Origin: an uncultured Bacteroidales bacterium
GTDB lineage: Bacteria > Bacteroidota > Bacteroidia > Bacteroidales > P3
DNA: 64,000 nucleotides
Reading direction: 5' to 3'
Assembly (NCBI GenBank): GCA_937901525.1
Contig: CALDHX010000013.1
Location: 1,515-65,514, forward strand
This document shows, in pieces, positions 8,584-19,191 of this stretch (position 1 is the stretch's first letter; every line of letters starts with the position of its first letter). Under the pieces are notes generated by a model. It saw nothing but the letters and a program-made list of their open reading frames with translations. It had not been told where the DNA came from and searched no databases. The translations under genes and the position numbers were made by a program.

Positions 8584-10152
8584 TTATTTATTTTGAGGGG
8601 GATAATCTATTGAATAATGCAAACCTACACTCTCTTTTCGGCTTTCCGCCATTTTAATAATTAAATAACTGTTTGCAATTAAATTTCTTAATTCACATAA
8701 TTGTGGCGTTAATACTGATTTATTGTACAACTCTTCTGTTTCTTCGTAAATCAGTTTCATTCTCTTGAATGCTTTCCTTAGTCTTAAATCACTCCTAACT
8801 ATGCCTACATAATTGGTCATTATCTGTTGCACTTCTTTGACCGATTGTGTTATTAGGCTTAATTCTTCATTCAAAACCATACCTTCTGCATTCCAATCTG
8901 GAACTTTATCACAAAAGTCTGTTGAAGATATTTTTTTTATTGAGTCTACGTATGCTCTATGTGAATAAACTAATGATTCTAATAAAGAGTTTGAAGCTAA
9001 CCGATTTGCTCCATGAAGTCCTGTGCACGAACATTCTCCTGAAGCATATAGATTAATAATACTTGTTCTTGAATATTGATCTACTTCTATTCCTCCACAA
9101 CAATAATGTGCAGCTGGAATTATAGGTATCATTTCCTGTGTTATGTTTATTCCTATTTCTAAGCATTTCGCATAAATATTAGGGAAATGACGCATTATTT
9201 CTTCTTTGCTAATGCCTCTACAATCTAAGTATTCATGTTCATCTCCTCGTTTTGTCATTTCTGCGTTTACAGCACGAGCTACAATGTCTCTTGGAGCTAA
9301 TGATCCTCTCTTATCATATTTTTCCATAAAAGACTCTCCTGCCATATTTTTTAATATTCCCCCCGCTCCTCTCATTGCTTCTGTAATAAGAAAAGAGGGT
9401 TTTTCTCTTGGATTAAATAACGAAGTAGGATGAAATTGTATAAATTCCATGTGTCTGAGCTTACCCTTTGCTCTGTGAACCATTGCTTGTCCATCTCCAG
9501 TTGCAATCAACGGACTTGTCGTTGTTGAATAAACATTGCCATTGCCACCTGTACACAACATTGTTACTTTTGAAAGATATGTGTCTATTGTATTTGTTTT
9601 TTTATCTAAAACATAGGCGCCATAACATCTAATATCTTCTCGTCTTTTATTCACTTCCTGACCTAAATGGTGTTGAGTGATAATATCTATTGTGTATTGA
9701 TTTTCTTTTATTATTACATTTGGGTGTGAACGAACTTTTTCTAATAAGGCTCTTTCTATTTCAAAACCTGTATTATCTCTATGATGTAATATTCTGTACT
9801 CAGAATGTCCGCCTTCTTTTGCTAAATCGTAAACACCTGTCTGTTTTTTATCAAAATTTGTTCCCCAATCTATAAGTTCTTTTATCCTATCGGTAGATTC
9901 TGTTATTGTTATTTTTACACTTTCAAAATCACATAAACCTGCCCCTGCAATTAATGTATCATTTATATGTTTTTCGTATGAGTCATTATCATACATTACA
10001 GCAGCAATGCCTCCTTGTGCATATTTTGTTGAACACTCGGAAGCATCTGATTTTGTTAGAATGCAAACTTTCCCGTACTCTGCAACTTTTAATGCATAAC
10101 TCAAGCCTGCTATTCCTGATCCTATTACCAAAAAATCTACCTTAAATCTCAT
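8584..10152 (-). CDS. nadB: L-aspartate oxidase
   Basis: FAD-binding N-terminus DFLVIGSGIAGLSYA, the YAQGGIAA motif, and succinate dehydrogenase/fumarate reductase flavoprotein-like architecture at about 520 aa. Confidence 0.9.
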   Translation of the reverse strand: MRFKVDFLVIGSGIAGLSYALKVAEYGKVCILTKSDASECSTKYAQGGIAAVMYDNDSYEKHINDTLIAGAGLCDFESVKITITESTDRIKELIDWGTNFDKKQTGVYDLAKEGGHSEYRILHHRDNTGFEIERALLEKVRSHPNVIIKENQYTIDIITQHHLGQEVNKRREDIRCYGAYVLDKKTNTIDTYLSKVTMLCTGGNGNVYSTTTSPLIATGDGQAMVHRAKGKLRHMEFIQFHPTSLFNPREKPSFLITEAMRGAGGILKNMAGESFMEKYDKRGSLAPRDIVARAVNAEMTKRGDEHEYLDCRGISKEEIMRHFPNIYAKCLEIGINITQEMIPIIPAAHYCCGGIEVDQYSRTSIINLYASGECSCTGLHGANRLASNSLLESLVYSHRAYVDSIKKISSTDFCDKVPDWNAEGMVLNEELSLITQSVKEVQQIMTNYVGIVRSDLRLRKAFKRMKLIYEETEELYNKSVLTPQLCELRNLIANSYLIIKMAESRKESVGLHYSIDYPPQNK

Positions 10153-10158
10153 AGATTG

Positions 10159-11028
10159 TTATTTTAAAGCTTCTGCACCACTACATATTTCTATGATTTC
10201 ATTTGTAATTGAAGCTTGTCGTGCTTTATTATAAGTAAGTTTAAGTTCTTTTAATAAGTTTGTTGCATTATCTGTTGCTTTATGCATAGATGTCATTCTC
10301 GCCCCATGTTCTGATGCAAATGAATCTAAAAAACATTTAAACAACTGTGTCTTTAATGATTGTGGAATTATAGAGTTTATGATTTCAACTTTAGATGGTT
10401 CAAAGATATAATCGTTATTTACATTTGACTCTTCTTGTTCAAATGAAATTGGAAGGAATGTCTCATAAGTTAATATCTGTGTAGAAGCGTTTTTAAATTG
10501 ATTATATATTATTTCTATCTTATCATATTTTTGATTTAAGAATTCTTTTATCAATAAATCACTTTCTTTAGCCACCATTTCAAACGACAAATTATCCCAA
10601 ATTTCATCGTTCTCTCCTACATAGTTTACACTATTTTGTTTCTTAAAAAAGTCAGTGCCTTTCTTTCCAAAAGTTTTTACATCTATTCTTATATCGGCAT
10701 TATTTGCTTTATAATACTCTATTCTTTGATTGGTTGCTTTTATTACATTTGAATTAAACGTTGAACACAATCCTTTGTTACTTGTCAATACTAAAAGTAA
10801 TACATTACTTACAATTTTTGTTTGTCTTGCAAGAGGTAATTCATCTTTTTCACTCCCACAAAGATTCTGTATTATTTCAGTCATCTTTGCTGAATATGGT
10901 CGCAACTTCAAAATTGCATTCTGAGATTTACGCAATTTTGAAGCTGACACCATTTTCATTGCACTCGTTATCTGTTGTGTTGAACTTACAGAAGCTATTC
11001 TTGTTCTAATTTCTTTAAGATTAGCCAT
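10159..11028 (-). CDS. atpG: F-type ATP synthase gamma subunit
   Basis: MANLKEIRTRIASVSSTQQITSAMKMVSASKLRK N-terminus and ITNEIIEICSGAEAL C-terminus are gamma-subunit signatures. Confidence 0.95.
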   Translation of the reverse strand: MANLKEIRTRIASVSSTQQITSAMKMVSASKLRKSQNAILKLRPYSAKMTEIIQNLCGSEKDELPLARQTKIVSNVLLLVLTSNKGLCSTFNSNVIKATNQRIEYYKANNADIRIDVKTFGKKGTDFFKKQNSVNYVGENDEIWDNLSFEMVAKESDLLIKEFLNQKYDKIEIIYNQFKNASTQILTYETFLPISFEQEESNVNNDYIFEPSKVEIINSIIPQSLKTQLFKCFLDSFASEHGARMTSMHKATDNATNLLKELKLTYNKARQASITNEIIEICSGAEALK

Positions 11029-11034
11029 AAATAA

Positions 11035-12615
11035 CTATGCTTTATATTTTCTACTTATTTCTTTTGCCACATCTTCCAACTTGCTCATGATTTGGTCATC
11101 AATCTTTCCACTTCCAAGTGAGAGTAACAACTCTTTTTCATTAGTTTCAAGATGGAATATAAATTCTTCTTCAAAGTTTTTAACTTTATTTATAGGCACA
11201 TCTCTCAACCAACCATTAGTTCCACAAGCAATAATTGCCACTTGATGCTCTACTCTCATTGGAGAATATTGCGCTTGTTTCAATATTTCAACATTTCGCT
11301 TACCTTTCTCCAAAACAAACTTAGTTGCTGCATCAAGATCAGAACCAAATTTAGAAAATGCTTCCAATTCTCTATATTGAGCTTGGTCTAATTTCAATGT
11401 ACCAGAAACTTTCTTCATCGATTTTATTTGAGCTTTACCTCCAACACGAGAAACAGATATACCAACATTAATAGCTGGTCTTATACCTGCATTAAACAAG
11501 TTTGTTTCAAGAAATATTTGACCATCAGTTATGGAAATCACATTTGTTGGAATATATGCAGAAACGTCACCAGCCTGAGTTTCTATAATAGGAAGAGCTG
11601 TCAAAGAACCTCCTCCCTTTACAAGATGTTTAATACTATCTGGCAAATCATTCATATTCTTAGCAACATTATCCTCATTGATAATTTTTCCAGCTCTTTC
11701 CAATAATCTTGAATGCAAATAGAACACATCTCCTGGATAAGCTTCACGTCCTGGTGGACGTCTTAATAACAAAGAAACTTCACGATAAGCAACAGCTTGT
11801 TTACTCAAATCATCATAAACAACTAACGCTGCACGTCCAGTATCTCTAAAATATTCTCCAATAGCAGCACCTGCAAATGGAGCATAGAATTGCATTGCTG
11901 CAGAATCTGATGCTGTCGCTGCTAAAACAATAGTGTAATCCATTGCACCTTTCTCTGTCAAAGTTCTAACTATATTTGCGACAGTAGAACCTTTTTGACC
12001 ACAAGCCACATAAATACAATAGACAGGTTCTCCTTTATCAAAAAATTCCTTTTGATTTAAGATTGTGTCTATTGCTATAGCTGTTTTACCTGTTTGTCTA
12101 TCTCCAATTATTAACTCTCTTTGACCTCTTCCAATAGGAATCATTGAGTCAACCGCTTTCAAACCAGTCTGCAAAGGTTCCTCTACTGGTTGTCTAAAAA
12201 TAACACCTGGAGCTTTTCTTTCAAGAGGCATTTCAAATAATTCACCCGCAATAGCACCTTTACCATCTATCGGTTCTCCTATAGTATTGATAACCCTACC
12301 TAATAATCCTTCTCCAACCTTTATAGATGCTATTCTTTTTGTTCTTTTAACTGTATCACCTTCATTTATAGATTCTGATTCACCCAAAATCACAACACCC
12401 ACATTATCCTCTTCCAAGTTTTGAACTATCGCTTGAACTCCATTATCAAATTCTACTAATTCCCCTGCTTGAACATTCATCAATCCATAAACTCTCGCAA
12501 TTCCATCTCCCACTGTCAAAACAGTACCAACCTCCTCTAAACTTGCTTCTAAATTAGAATTTGAAAGTTGCTTACGTAATATCGCTGTTATTTCTGATGG
12601 TTTAATTTCTGCCAT
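11035..12615 (-). CDS. atpA: F-type ATP synthase alpha subunit
   Basis: Walker [10 protein letters not shown], the conserved block [46 protein letters not shown], and its length. Confidence 0.97.
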   Translation of the reverse strand: MAEIKPSEITAILRKQLSNSNLEASLEEVGTVLTVGDGIARVYGLMNVQAGELVEFDNGVQAIVQNLEEDNVGVVILGESESINEGDTVKRTKRIASIKVGEGLLGRVINTIGEPIDGKGAIAGELFEMPLERKAPGVIFRQPVEEPLQTGLKAVDSMIPIGRGQRELIIGDRQTGKTAIAIDTILNQKEFFDKGEPVYCIYVACGQKGSTVANIVRTLTEKGAMDYTIVLAATASDSAAMQFYAPFAGAAIGEYFRDTGRAALVVYDDLSKQAVAYREVSLLLRRPPGREAYPGDVFYLHSRLLERAGKIINEDNVAKNMNDLPDSIKHLVKGGGSLTALPIIETQAGDVSAYIPTNVISITDGQIFLETNLFNAGIRPAINVGISVSRVGGKAQIKSMKKVSGTLKLDQAQYRELEAFSKFGSDLDAATKFVLEKGKRNVEILKQAQYSPMRVEHQVAIIACGTNGWLRDVPINKVKNFEEEFIFHLETNEKELLLSLGSGKIDDQIMSKLEDVAKEISRKYKA

Positions 12616-12631
12616 ATCTATCGTTTATTTT

Positions 12632-13189
12632 TTAGAATATCTTTTCGTATATATTCTGGTTAAATTCTTTTTTTAATTTTGTTATTTGTTTACTAAAACT
12701 TGCATCATATTGTTTACCATCAACTGTTAAAGAAAAGCCCCCTAACAATTTAGGATTAACAAACAATTGCAAATCTATCTCCGATGACAATTTCCCTTCA
12801 ATATCCTTCTTAATACCATTTACAACATCTTCATCAAGTTTTTGTGCTGTTGTAAATTTAACTATCTTTATGTGCTTAAACTCCTTGTATAACTCCGTAT
12901 ATCTATCTGCTATTTCATATAAATACACATCCCTTCTTTTAGAAATCAACAACTCAATAAATAACAAAGAAACTTTTTCTACTTTATCATTGAAAATTTC
13001 GTGAATTATATCTTTCTTTTTTGAAGGTTTAATAACAGGATTCTTTAAGATAGCCTTCAATTGTGGAGATTCCTCACAAATCTTTTTTACCAATAACATA
13101 TCCTCATAAACTCTTTCCATTAATTCATTCTCTTGAGCAAGAACGAATAAAGACTGAGCATAACGAGTTTGTAATTTAAAACTATCCAT
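12632..13189 (-). CDS. atpH: F-type ATP synthase delta (OSCP) subunit
   Basis: 185 aa, positioned between atpF and atpA, with OSCP-like LGGFSLTVDGKQYDASF near the C-terminus. Confidence 0.85.
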   Translation of the reverse strand: MDSFKLQTRYAQSLFVLAQENELMERVYEDMLLVKKICEESPQLKAILKNPVIKPSKKKDIIHEIFNDKVEKVSLLFIELLISKRRDVYLYEIADRYTELYKEFKHIKIVKFTTAQKLDEDVVNGIKKDIEGKLSSEIDLQLFVNPKLLGGFSLTVDGKQYDASFSKQITKLKKEFNQNIYEKIF

Positions 13190-13191
13190 TG

Positions 13192-13686
13192 TTATTTAAG
13201 GTTTATTTCAGACATTCTCTTACTGATAATTTCATTACTTTTAGCCTTATCCGTAAGTTCATGCTTCAAAAGATCTTCAGCTATTTCAATAGAAAGATGA
13301 GCTATTTGATTCTTCAATTCAGTCATAGCATGCAATTTTTCATATTCAATATTTTCGCGTGCAGCCACAACTATCCTTTGAGCTTCTTTTTGAGCTTGTT
13401 CCTTAGCCTCTTCTATCATTTTTTCTTTTAACTCCTTTGTTTGTTGCAGCATCAAATCACGTTCTTTTTGAGCTTCAATTAACAATTGCTCATTACCTGC
13501 TTGCAATTGTTTCATTTCTTCCCTTGCAATAGCTGCTTCCTCCAAAGACTTTTTAATTTGCTCTTCTCTTTTAAACATCATTCCGATGACCACAGGCCAA
13601 CCAAATTTCCATAAAATAACTAATAGGATAACAAAAGTCAATGTCATCCAAAAGAGAAGTCCAATATCAGGTGTTAATAGTCCCAT
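13192..13686 (-). CDS. atpF: F-type ATP synthase subunit b
   Basis: One N-terminal TM helix followed by a long charged helix (164 aa), positioned between atpE and atpH. Confidence 0.85.
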   Translation of the reverse strand: MGLLTPDIGLLFWMTLTFVILLVILWKFGWPVVIGMMFKREEQIKKSLEEAAIAREEMKQLQAGNEQLLIEAQKERDLMLQQTKELKEKMIEEAKEQAQKEAQRIVVAARENIEYEKLHAMTELKNQIAHLSIEIAEDLLKHELTDKAKSNEIISKRMSEINLK

Positions 13687-13714
13687 ATATATTTAATATT
13701 AATTTCGATTCAAA

Positions 13715-13751
13715 AGCATAGCAACAAAACCAATCGTAAAGTTGCTATGCT
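13715..13751 (-). promoter_or_regulatory. Intercistronic stem-loop between atpE and atpF
   Basis: 11-bp perfect stem agcatagcaac / gttgctatgct with a 15-nt loop. On the minus strand it is followed by TTTGAAT. It lies in the 80-nt atpE-atpF gap. Confidence 0.5.
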
Positions 13752-13766
13752 CATATTTTTTGTTTG

Positions 13767-14027
13767 TTATTTCATTAATATAACTAACAAACAAACTACA
13801 TTAGCGAATAAAGCAACAGCTTCAACCAATGCGGCTGCAATAATCATATTGGAACGAATATCACCTGTTGCCTCAGGTTGACGAGCAATGGCGTCCATAC
13901 CATTACGTCCAATATTTCCAATACCTATACCTGCTCCAACAGCAGCTATACCTGCTCCGATACCTGCTAAACCATAACCGATTGTAGCATTGCTAACAGC
14001 TTCTAATAATAATGCTAAAGTTGTCAT
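13767..14027 (-). CDS. atpE: F-type ATP synthase subunit c
   Basis: 86-aa two-helix hairpin with glycine-rich helix 1 (GAGIAAVGAGIGIG), the ARQPE loop and a carboxylate in helix 2 (ALVEAVALF). Confidence 0.92.
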   Translation of the reverse strand: MTTLALLLEAVSNATIGYGLAGIGAGIAAVGAGIGIGNIGRNGMDAIARQPEATGDIRSNMIIAAALVEAVALFANVVCLLVILMK

Positions 14028-14080
14028 AATAATTATTTTTGTTATTTTAAAGTTACTTTAATTACCTATAAAAATGCGTT

Positions 14081-14088
14081 CAAAGTTA
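14081..14088 (-). promoter_or_regulatory. -7 box TAACTTTG (minus strand) for atpEFHAG
   Basis: caaagtta on the plus strand, 54 nt upstream of the atpE ATG. A caaa (-33-like) lies 25 nt further upstream. Confidence 0.5.
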
Positions 14089-14223
14089 TAATTTTTTTTG
14101 CATATCAAAGAGAAAAAAATAAAAAAAATACCTAACACAATTAAAACTTTCTATTTATCAGCTGATTATAAAATCAAAGTAAAAGTTTTACAAGAAAAAT
14201 ATTGCAGAAATTAAACAAAGATG

Positions 14224-14231
14224 TATCTTTG
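14224..14231 (+). promoter_or_regulatory. -7 box TATCTTTG for tRNA-Lys
   Basis: Exact TAnnTTTG 28 nt upstream of the tRNA 5' end. ATTG lies 27 nt upstream (G-to-G). Confidence 0.6.
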
Positions 14232-14258
14232 CAAACGCAAAATCAAAGATTTAGCGAA

Positions 14259-14331
14259 GTCTTCGTAGCTCAGCTGGTAGAGCAATTGACTCTTAATCAA
14301 TGGGTCCAGGGTTCGAGTCCCTGCGAGGACA
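14259..14331 (+). tRNA. tRNA-Lys (anticodon CTT)
   Basis: Manual cloverleaf: acceptor GTCTTCG/CGAGGAC, D arm GCTC-AGCTGGTA-GAGC, anticodon arm ATTGA-CTCTTAA-TCAAT, T arm CAGGG-TTCGAGT-CCCTG, discriminator A. Confidence 0.9.
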
Positions 14332-14370
14332 CTATTTTCAATTGCGATTCAAATTCGCAAAAAGGTTTTT

Positions 14371-15564
14371 ATGGAAATCAAAAATCAAATCAAACAAAAA
14401 GCACAACAACACTTCAGTAGTGTTGTTGCTATTCGTAGACACTTGCATCAAAATCCAGAACTTTCCAAGCAAGAAAAAGAGACGTCAAAGTATATTTGTT
14501 CAATCCTTGATACTATTGATGGAGTAGAATATCAATCTAACATAGGTGGATATGGAATATTTGGTTTTATAAAAGGGAGAAAACCAAATAAAAAAACAAT
14601 AGCATTAAGAGCAGACATAGATGCTTTACCAATAAAAGAAAGCACAAATCTTCCTTTTGCCTCTCTTAAAGAAGGTGTAATGCATGCTTGTGGTCATGAT
14701 GCTCATACTGCGATATTATTAGGTGCGATCAAAATTCTATCAGAATTAAGAGAAGAATTTGACGGACAAGTAATGTTTATCTTTCAACCATCAGAAGAAC
14801 ACTATCCAGGAGGTGCGATAACAATGTTAAATGATGGCATATTCAACAACATTACACCAAAAGCAATATTTGCACTTCACACAACGCCAGAAATAGAACG
14901 AGGAAAAATTGGAATAAAAGAAGGAAAATATATGGCTTCCACAGATGAGATATATATAGAAGTAAGAGGAAAAGGTGGACACGGAGCAACACCTGATTTA
15001 AATATAGATCCAATAGTAGCAGCCTCACATATCGTAATAGCCTTACAAACCTTAGTAAGCCGAAATGCGAATCCAACACTTCCTACCACATTTTCAGTAG
15101 GCACTTTCTTGGCAGAAGGTCGCACAAACATCATTCCATCAAAAGTATATTTAGAATGTATAATTCGCACCTTTGATAACGATTGGAGAAAACAAGCACA
15201 TAAATTAATACATAGAATAAGCGAAGAAACAGCACAAGCCTTTGGTGCGACAGCAGATGTTTTTATTGACCACGGCTATCCTTATTTATACAATAATCCA
15301 ACACTAACAAAAGCAACTCGCAATTTAGCACAAGAATATCTCGGTGAAGAAAACGTATTAGATATAGACATGAGAATGACAGCCGAAGATTTTGCTTATT
15401 TTGCTCAAAAAATTCCAGCATGTTATTTTAGACTTGGCACAAAAAAAGAAGGCTGTGAAATAACCAATCTACATACATCTAATTTTGATATAGATGAAAA
15501 TAGTATGCAAGACGCTATAGGATTGATGACTTATTTAGCAATAAAAAACCTTAACGCAGATTAA
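14371..15564 (+). CDS. M20D-family amidohydrolase (N-acyl-amino-acid amidohydrolase / hippurate hydrolase-like)
   Basis: RRHLHQNPELS, the metal site MHACGHDAHTA, and about 397 aa, typical of the family. Confidence 0.85.
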   Translation: MEIKNQIKQKAQQHFSSVVAIRRHLHQNPELSKQEKETSKYICSILDTIDGVEYQSNIGGYGIFGFIKGRKPNKKTIALRADIDALPIKESTNLPFASLKEGVMHACGHDAHTAILLGAIKILSELREEFDGQVMFIFQPSEEHYPGGAITMLNDGIFNNITPKAIFALHTTPEIERGKIGIKEGKYMASTDEIYIEVRGKGGHGATPDLNIDPIVAASHIVIALQTLVSRNANPTLPTTFSVGTFLAEGRTNIIPSKVYLECIIRTFDNDWRKQAHKLIHRISEETAQAFGATADVFIDHGYPYLYNNPTLTKATRNLAQEYLGEENVLDIDMRMTAEDFAYFAQKIPACYFRLGTKKEGCEITNLHTSNFDIDENSMQDAIGLMTYLAIKNLNAD

Positions 15565-15590
15565 ATATTTCAAAAAAATAATCACCTATT

Positions 15591-15634
15591 AAAATAAGAG
15601 ACTTTTATCAAGCATGAAAGTCTCTTATTTTTTC
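15591..15634. terminator. Bidirectional hairpin between convergent genes
   Basis: 15-bp arms aaaataagagacttt / aaagtctcttatttt with A and T runs on either side. It overlaps the stop codon of the DegT-family gene. Confidence 0.6.
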
Positions 15635-16735
15635 AATTATATAATTTTGCTGTTCCAAATCCAATTCTGTGTGCATAGGAAGAGACAAAACAGTTTGAGA
15701 AAGCTTTTCCGAAGTTTCCAATTCTCCACCTTGACGTGCAATTTGCAAGAAAGCCTTTTGCAAATGCAATGGAATAGGATAATAAATCATAGCAGGGATA
15801 TTCCAATCTTCAAGATACGCCTTCAATTCATCTCTTGTACCATCAGTTATTTTTAAAGTATATTGATGATAAACATGAGATGAATACGACATTTCAATAG
15901 GAGTTTCTATACTTTCTATATCCTTTAATCCATTTGTATAGATTTGTGCAGCTTCATATCTTGCCTTTTGATAGTCTTCAAGATGCTTTAACTTAACATT
16001 TAATATTGCAGCCTGAATAGAATCTAAACGAGAATTTACTCCCAATAAGTCATGATGATACCTAACTTTCATTCCGTGATTTGCAACCATTTTCATTTTT
16101 TCAGCCAACGCATCATCATTAGTAAATATAGCACCTCCATCGCCAAAACAGCCAAGATTCTTAGAAGGGAAAAAAGAAGTACAGCCAATTGTTCCTATTG
16201 TTCCAACTTTTTTCTTTGTTCCATCAGAGAAAGTATAATCAGCACCAATTGCTTGTGCAGTATCTTCAATCACATACAAATCATATTTTTTTGCAATAGC
16301 AAGAATTTCTTCCATAGGAGCTGCTTGTCCGAACAAATGCACAGGAATGATAGCTTTTGTTTTTACAGAAATTGCTTTTTCTATGTTTTTAGCTGTTACA
16401 TTAAAGGAGTCATAATCCACATCTACAAAAACAGGGCGAAAACCCAATAAGCCAATTACCTCAGCCGAAGCAATAAAAGTAAACGATGGGCAAATAATTT
16501 CGTCCGAAGGTTTTAACCCCAACGACATTATAGCTATTTGCAAAGCATCTGTTCCATTTCCACAAGGAATAACATGTTTAACAGAAAGAAACTTTGCCAA
16601 ATTATCTGCAAACTCATCTACTATTTTCCCTTTTATAAAAGCTGTTGAATCTATCACTTGTTGAATTGAAGAATCTATCTCAGACTTTATTTTCTGATAT
16701 TGACTCTTCAAATCTACCATTTGTATCTTATTCAT
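15608..16735 (-). CDS. DegT/DnrJ/EryC1/StrS-family PLP-dependent sugar aminotransferase
   Basis: GNGTDALQIA, the SFFPSKNLG lysine motif, and family-typical length. Start set at the internal MNKIQMVDLKSQY, which removes the overlap with serS. Confidence 0.87.
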   Translation of the reverse strand: MNKIQMVDLKSQYQKIKSEIDSSIQQVIDSTAFIKGKIVDEFADNLAKFLSVKHVIPCGNGTDALQIAIMSLGLKPSDEIICPSFTFIASAEVIGLLGFRPVFVDVDYDSFNVTAKNIEKAISVKTKAIIPVHLFGQAAPMEEILAIAKKYDLYVIEDTAQAIGADYTFSDGTKKKVGTIGTIGCTSFFPSKNLGCFGDGGAIFTNDDALAEKMKMVANHGMKVRYHHDLLGVNSRLDSIQAAILNVKLKHLEDYQKARYEAAQIYTNGLKDIESIETPIEMSYSSHVYHQYTLKITDGTRDELKAYLEDWNIPAMIYYPIPLHLQKAFLQIARQGGELETSEKLSQTVLSLPMHTELDLEQQNYIIEKIRDFHA

Positions 16736-16742
16736 AATAACA

Positions 16743-18017
16743 TTAGAATATAATTTCTGAACCAAAATATGTTTGTAATGCCTTTGGAATACGTATTCCA
16801 GACTCTGTTTGATTATTTTCCAATAAAGCAGCCACTATTCTTGGCAATGCCAATGCACTACCATTTAAAGTATGTGCTAATTGCGTTTTATTATTTTCGT
16901 CCTTATATCTTAATTTTAATCTATTTGCCTGATAGGTTTCAAAATTAGACACACTACTTACCTCTAACCAACGCTTTTGTGCAGCAGAATAAACTTCAAA
17001 ATCGTATGTTATTGCAGAAGTAAAACTCATATCTCCACCACATAGGCGTAAAATTCTAAATGGAAGTTCCAATTTTCTAAGCAATCCTGCAACATGATTC
17101 TTCATTAACTCCAATTGTTCATAGCTATGTTCAGGAGTATCAATACAAACAATCTCTACCTTATCGAATTGATGCAATCTATTAAGACCTCTCACATCTT
17201 TTCCATAAGAGCCTGCCTCTCTTCTAAAACATTGAGAATATGCACAACAAGAAATTGGCAAATTATTATGTTTTTGTATTGTATCTCTAAATATATTTGT
17301 TACAGGAACCTCAGCTGTTGGAATCATATAAAAGCCATCTAACGGAATAGCATACATTTGTCCTTCCTTATCTGGCAATTGTCCTGTTGCAAGAGCAGAA
17401 GATTCATTAACCATCAAAGGAGGTTGCACCTCAGTAAAGCCAGATTTACCAGCCTCATCTAAAAAGAAATTTATAAGAGCTCTTTGTAGTTTAGCCCCTT
17501 GTGATTTATAAACAGGAAATCCTGCACCTGTTATTTTATTTCCAAGTTCAAAATCTATTATATCATACTTTGCACAAAGAGTCCAATGTTCCACTGCACC
17601 AGAATAAAGTTGAGGAATTTCCCCTTCTTCATATACAATTTCATTATCCTCTGCTCCTTTTCCCTTTGGCACATCTTTATTTGGTAAATTAGGAATACTC
17701 AGCAACAAATCCCTTAAATCATTTTCAATTTTTGATAATTGTTCTCCTAATTCTTTTTCCTTTGCTTTACATTCGCTTGTTTTTGCCTTTAATTCTTCTG
17801 CTTCGGCAGCCTTTCCTTGTTTGAAAAGCATACCTATTTCTTTTGCCAAACGATTTGCCTCAGCTTTTATATTATCTAACTCAGTTTGAGTATTTCTTCT
17901 TTCGTTATCTATTAATATTACCTTATCTATTTTTGTTTCCGCATCAGAAAAATTTTTAACACCTAATCTTTCTATAACAAAATCTCTATTTTCTCTTATA
18001 AATCCTACTTGTAACAT
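16743..18017 (-). CDS. serS: Seryl-tRNA synthetase
   Basis: N-terminal coiled-coil arm plus class II core motifs (FRREAGS, LNGSALALPR), 424 aa. Confidence 0.96.
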   Translation of the reverse strand: MLQVGFIRENRDFVIERLGVKNFSDAETKIDKVILIDNERRNTQTELDNIKAEANRLAKEIGMLFKQGKAAEAEELKAKTSECKAKEKELGEQLSKIENDLRDLLLSIPNLPNKDVPKGKGAEDNEIVYEEGEIPQLYSGAVEHWTLCAKYDIIDFELGNKITGAGFPVYKSQGAKLQRALINFFLDEAGKSGFTEVQPPLMVNESSALATGQLPDKEGQMYAIPLDGFYMIPTAEVPVTNIFRDTIQKHNNLPISCCAYSQCFRREAGSYGKDVRGLNRLHQFDKVEIVCIDTPEHSYEQLELMKNHVAGLLRKLELPFRILRLCGGDMSFTSAITYDFEVYSAAQKRWLEVSSVSNFETYQANRLKLRYKDENNKTQLAHTLNGSALALPRIVAALLENNQTESGIRIPKALQTYFGSEIIF

Positions 18018-18032
18018 ATTATTTTCTCGTTT

Positions 18033-18569
18033 TTATTTATTTACTACTCTATCAAAAAATACATTTTTATTAGAAACGCTCATCACTATTGCCAACACAG
18101 TAGAGCATTCTGGCAAAAATGAGAGTTCTTTCGCTGCTAAACCCACAGAAAACATAACTCTACTATCAATTCTACTATCAGCTATTTGTGAACACATACT
18201 CCCTATTGCAATTCCTAAGTCATTTGAATTGAAAAAGCAAGGTGCAAAAGGTGCTTTCTCTTCTTTTTCTTTGCAAGAATCAAAACCACAATATCCACAA
18301 TCTAATCCCAAGACCTTAACCTTACTTCCTATAAGTATAACTGCCTGAGATTGTAAAACATTATTTGAATCTCTTAAAAGAAACTCTTGTCCTGTTTTTT
18401 GATTTAATTCTTTTAATTTTTCAGATATTTGTTCTAATTCTTTGCCGTAAGCAATTCTTATCTCTAAATTATCAACTCCTCTCGCCTTAGGTGCAGTTAT
18501 TGCTGAAAGTGATATTTTTTTAGCAAGAGATATTACTTGTTCTTCTATTATTTCTTTGGCATTTATCAT
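18033..18569 (-). CDS. DUF2148-like ferredoxin-domain protein
   Basis: Cys cluster GLDCGYCGFDSCKEKE in a 178-aa protein. The family assignment is from memory only. Confidence 0.65.
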   Translation of the reverse strand: MINAKEIIEEQVISLAKKISLSAITAPKARGVDNLEIRIAYGKELEQISEKLKELNQKTGQEFLLRDSNNVLQSQAVILIGSKVKVLGLDCGYCGFDSCKEKEEKAPFAPCFFNSNDLGIAIGSMCSQIADSRIDSRVMFSVGLAAKELSFLPECSTVLAIVMSVSNKNVFFDRVVNK

Positions 18570-18574
18570 AGCTT

Positions 18575-19171
18575 TTATTTTTTAAAAAGATATTCTATGA
18601 GTTTATCGGTCGCTTTTCCTCTATGCGATATTTTATTCTTTTCTTTCAAACTCATTTCTGCAAAACTTTCTCCATAACCATCAGGAATAAATATTGGGTC
18701 ATAACCAAATCCGCCTTTCCCATAGCGTTCTGTCAATATGCTTCCTTCACATCTTCCCTCAAATATTCTTTCTTTACCTTGTTCTATCAAACAAATGACA
18801 GTAGAAAAATATGCTTTACGATTAGTTTTGCCTTCCATCATTTCTAACATCAAGTCAATATTGTCGTCAAAGCTACATTTCTCTCCCGCAAAACGTGCCG
18901 AATACACACCAGGCTTACCATCAAGAGCCTCAACCATTAATCCTGTATCATCAGCAAAGCAATCCTTACCATATTTTTCCCAAATATATCTTGCTTTTTG
19001 GCGAGCATTTTCCTCTAATGTTTCTCCTGTTTCAGGAATATCTTCCCTGCAGCCAAGTTCTGAAAGAGTTATAATTTTTATTCTTTCTCCTAAAACTGAA
19101 CGTATTTCTTCTACTTTATGTTTATTATTAGTAGCAATTACTATTTCTCTCATCATTGATGTTTTTTTCAA
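18575..19171 (-). CDS. rdgB: Non-canonical purine NTP pyrophosphatase (RdgB/HAM1 family)
   Basis: IATNNKHKVEEI, DDTGL, GFGYDPIF and SHRGKA motifs. The start may be the internal MMREIV because a -7 box sits at 19176-19183. Confidence 0.9.
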   Translation of the reverse strand: MKKTSMMREIVIATNNKHKVEEIRSVLGERIKIITLSELGCREDIPETGETLEENARQKARYIWEKYGKDCFADDTGLMVEALDGKPGVYSARFAGEKCSFDDNIDLMLEMMEGKTNRKAYFSTVICLIEQGKERIFEGRCEGSILTERYGKGGFGYDPIFIPDGYGESFAEMSLKEKNKISHRGKATDKLIEYLFKK

Positions 19172-19191
19172 ACTGCAAAGTTAGTTTATTT

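Noticed and set aside
14202-14527. Track ORFs overlap RNA genes: 14202..14420 and 14300..14527 over tRNA-Lys, 45587..45769 over tRNA-Cys, and 62104..62337 over tRNA-Glu.
   Set aside because: They run across well-formed tRNA cloverleaves and their promoters, have low-complexity translations, and conflict with better-supported neighbours.
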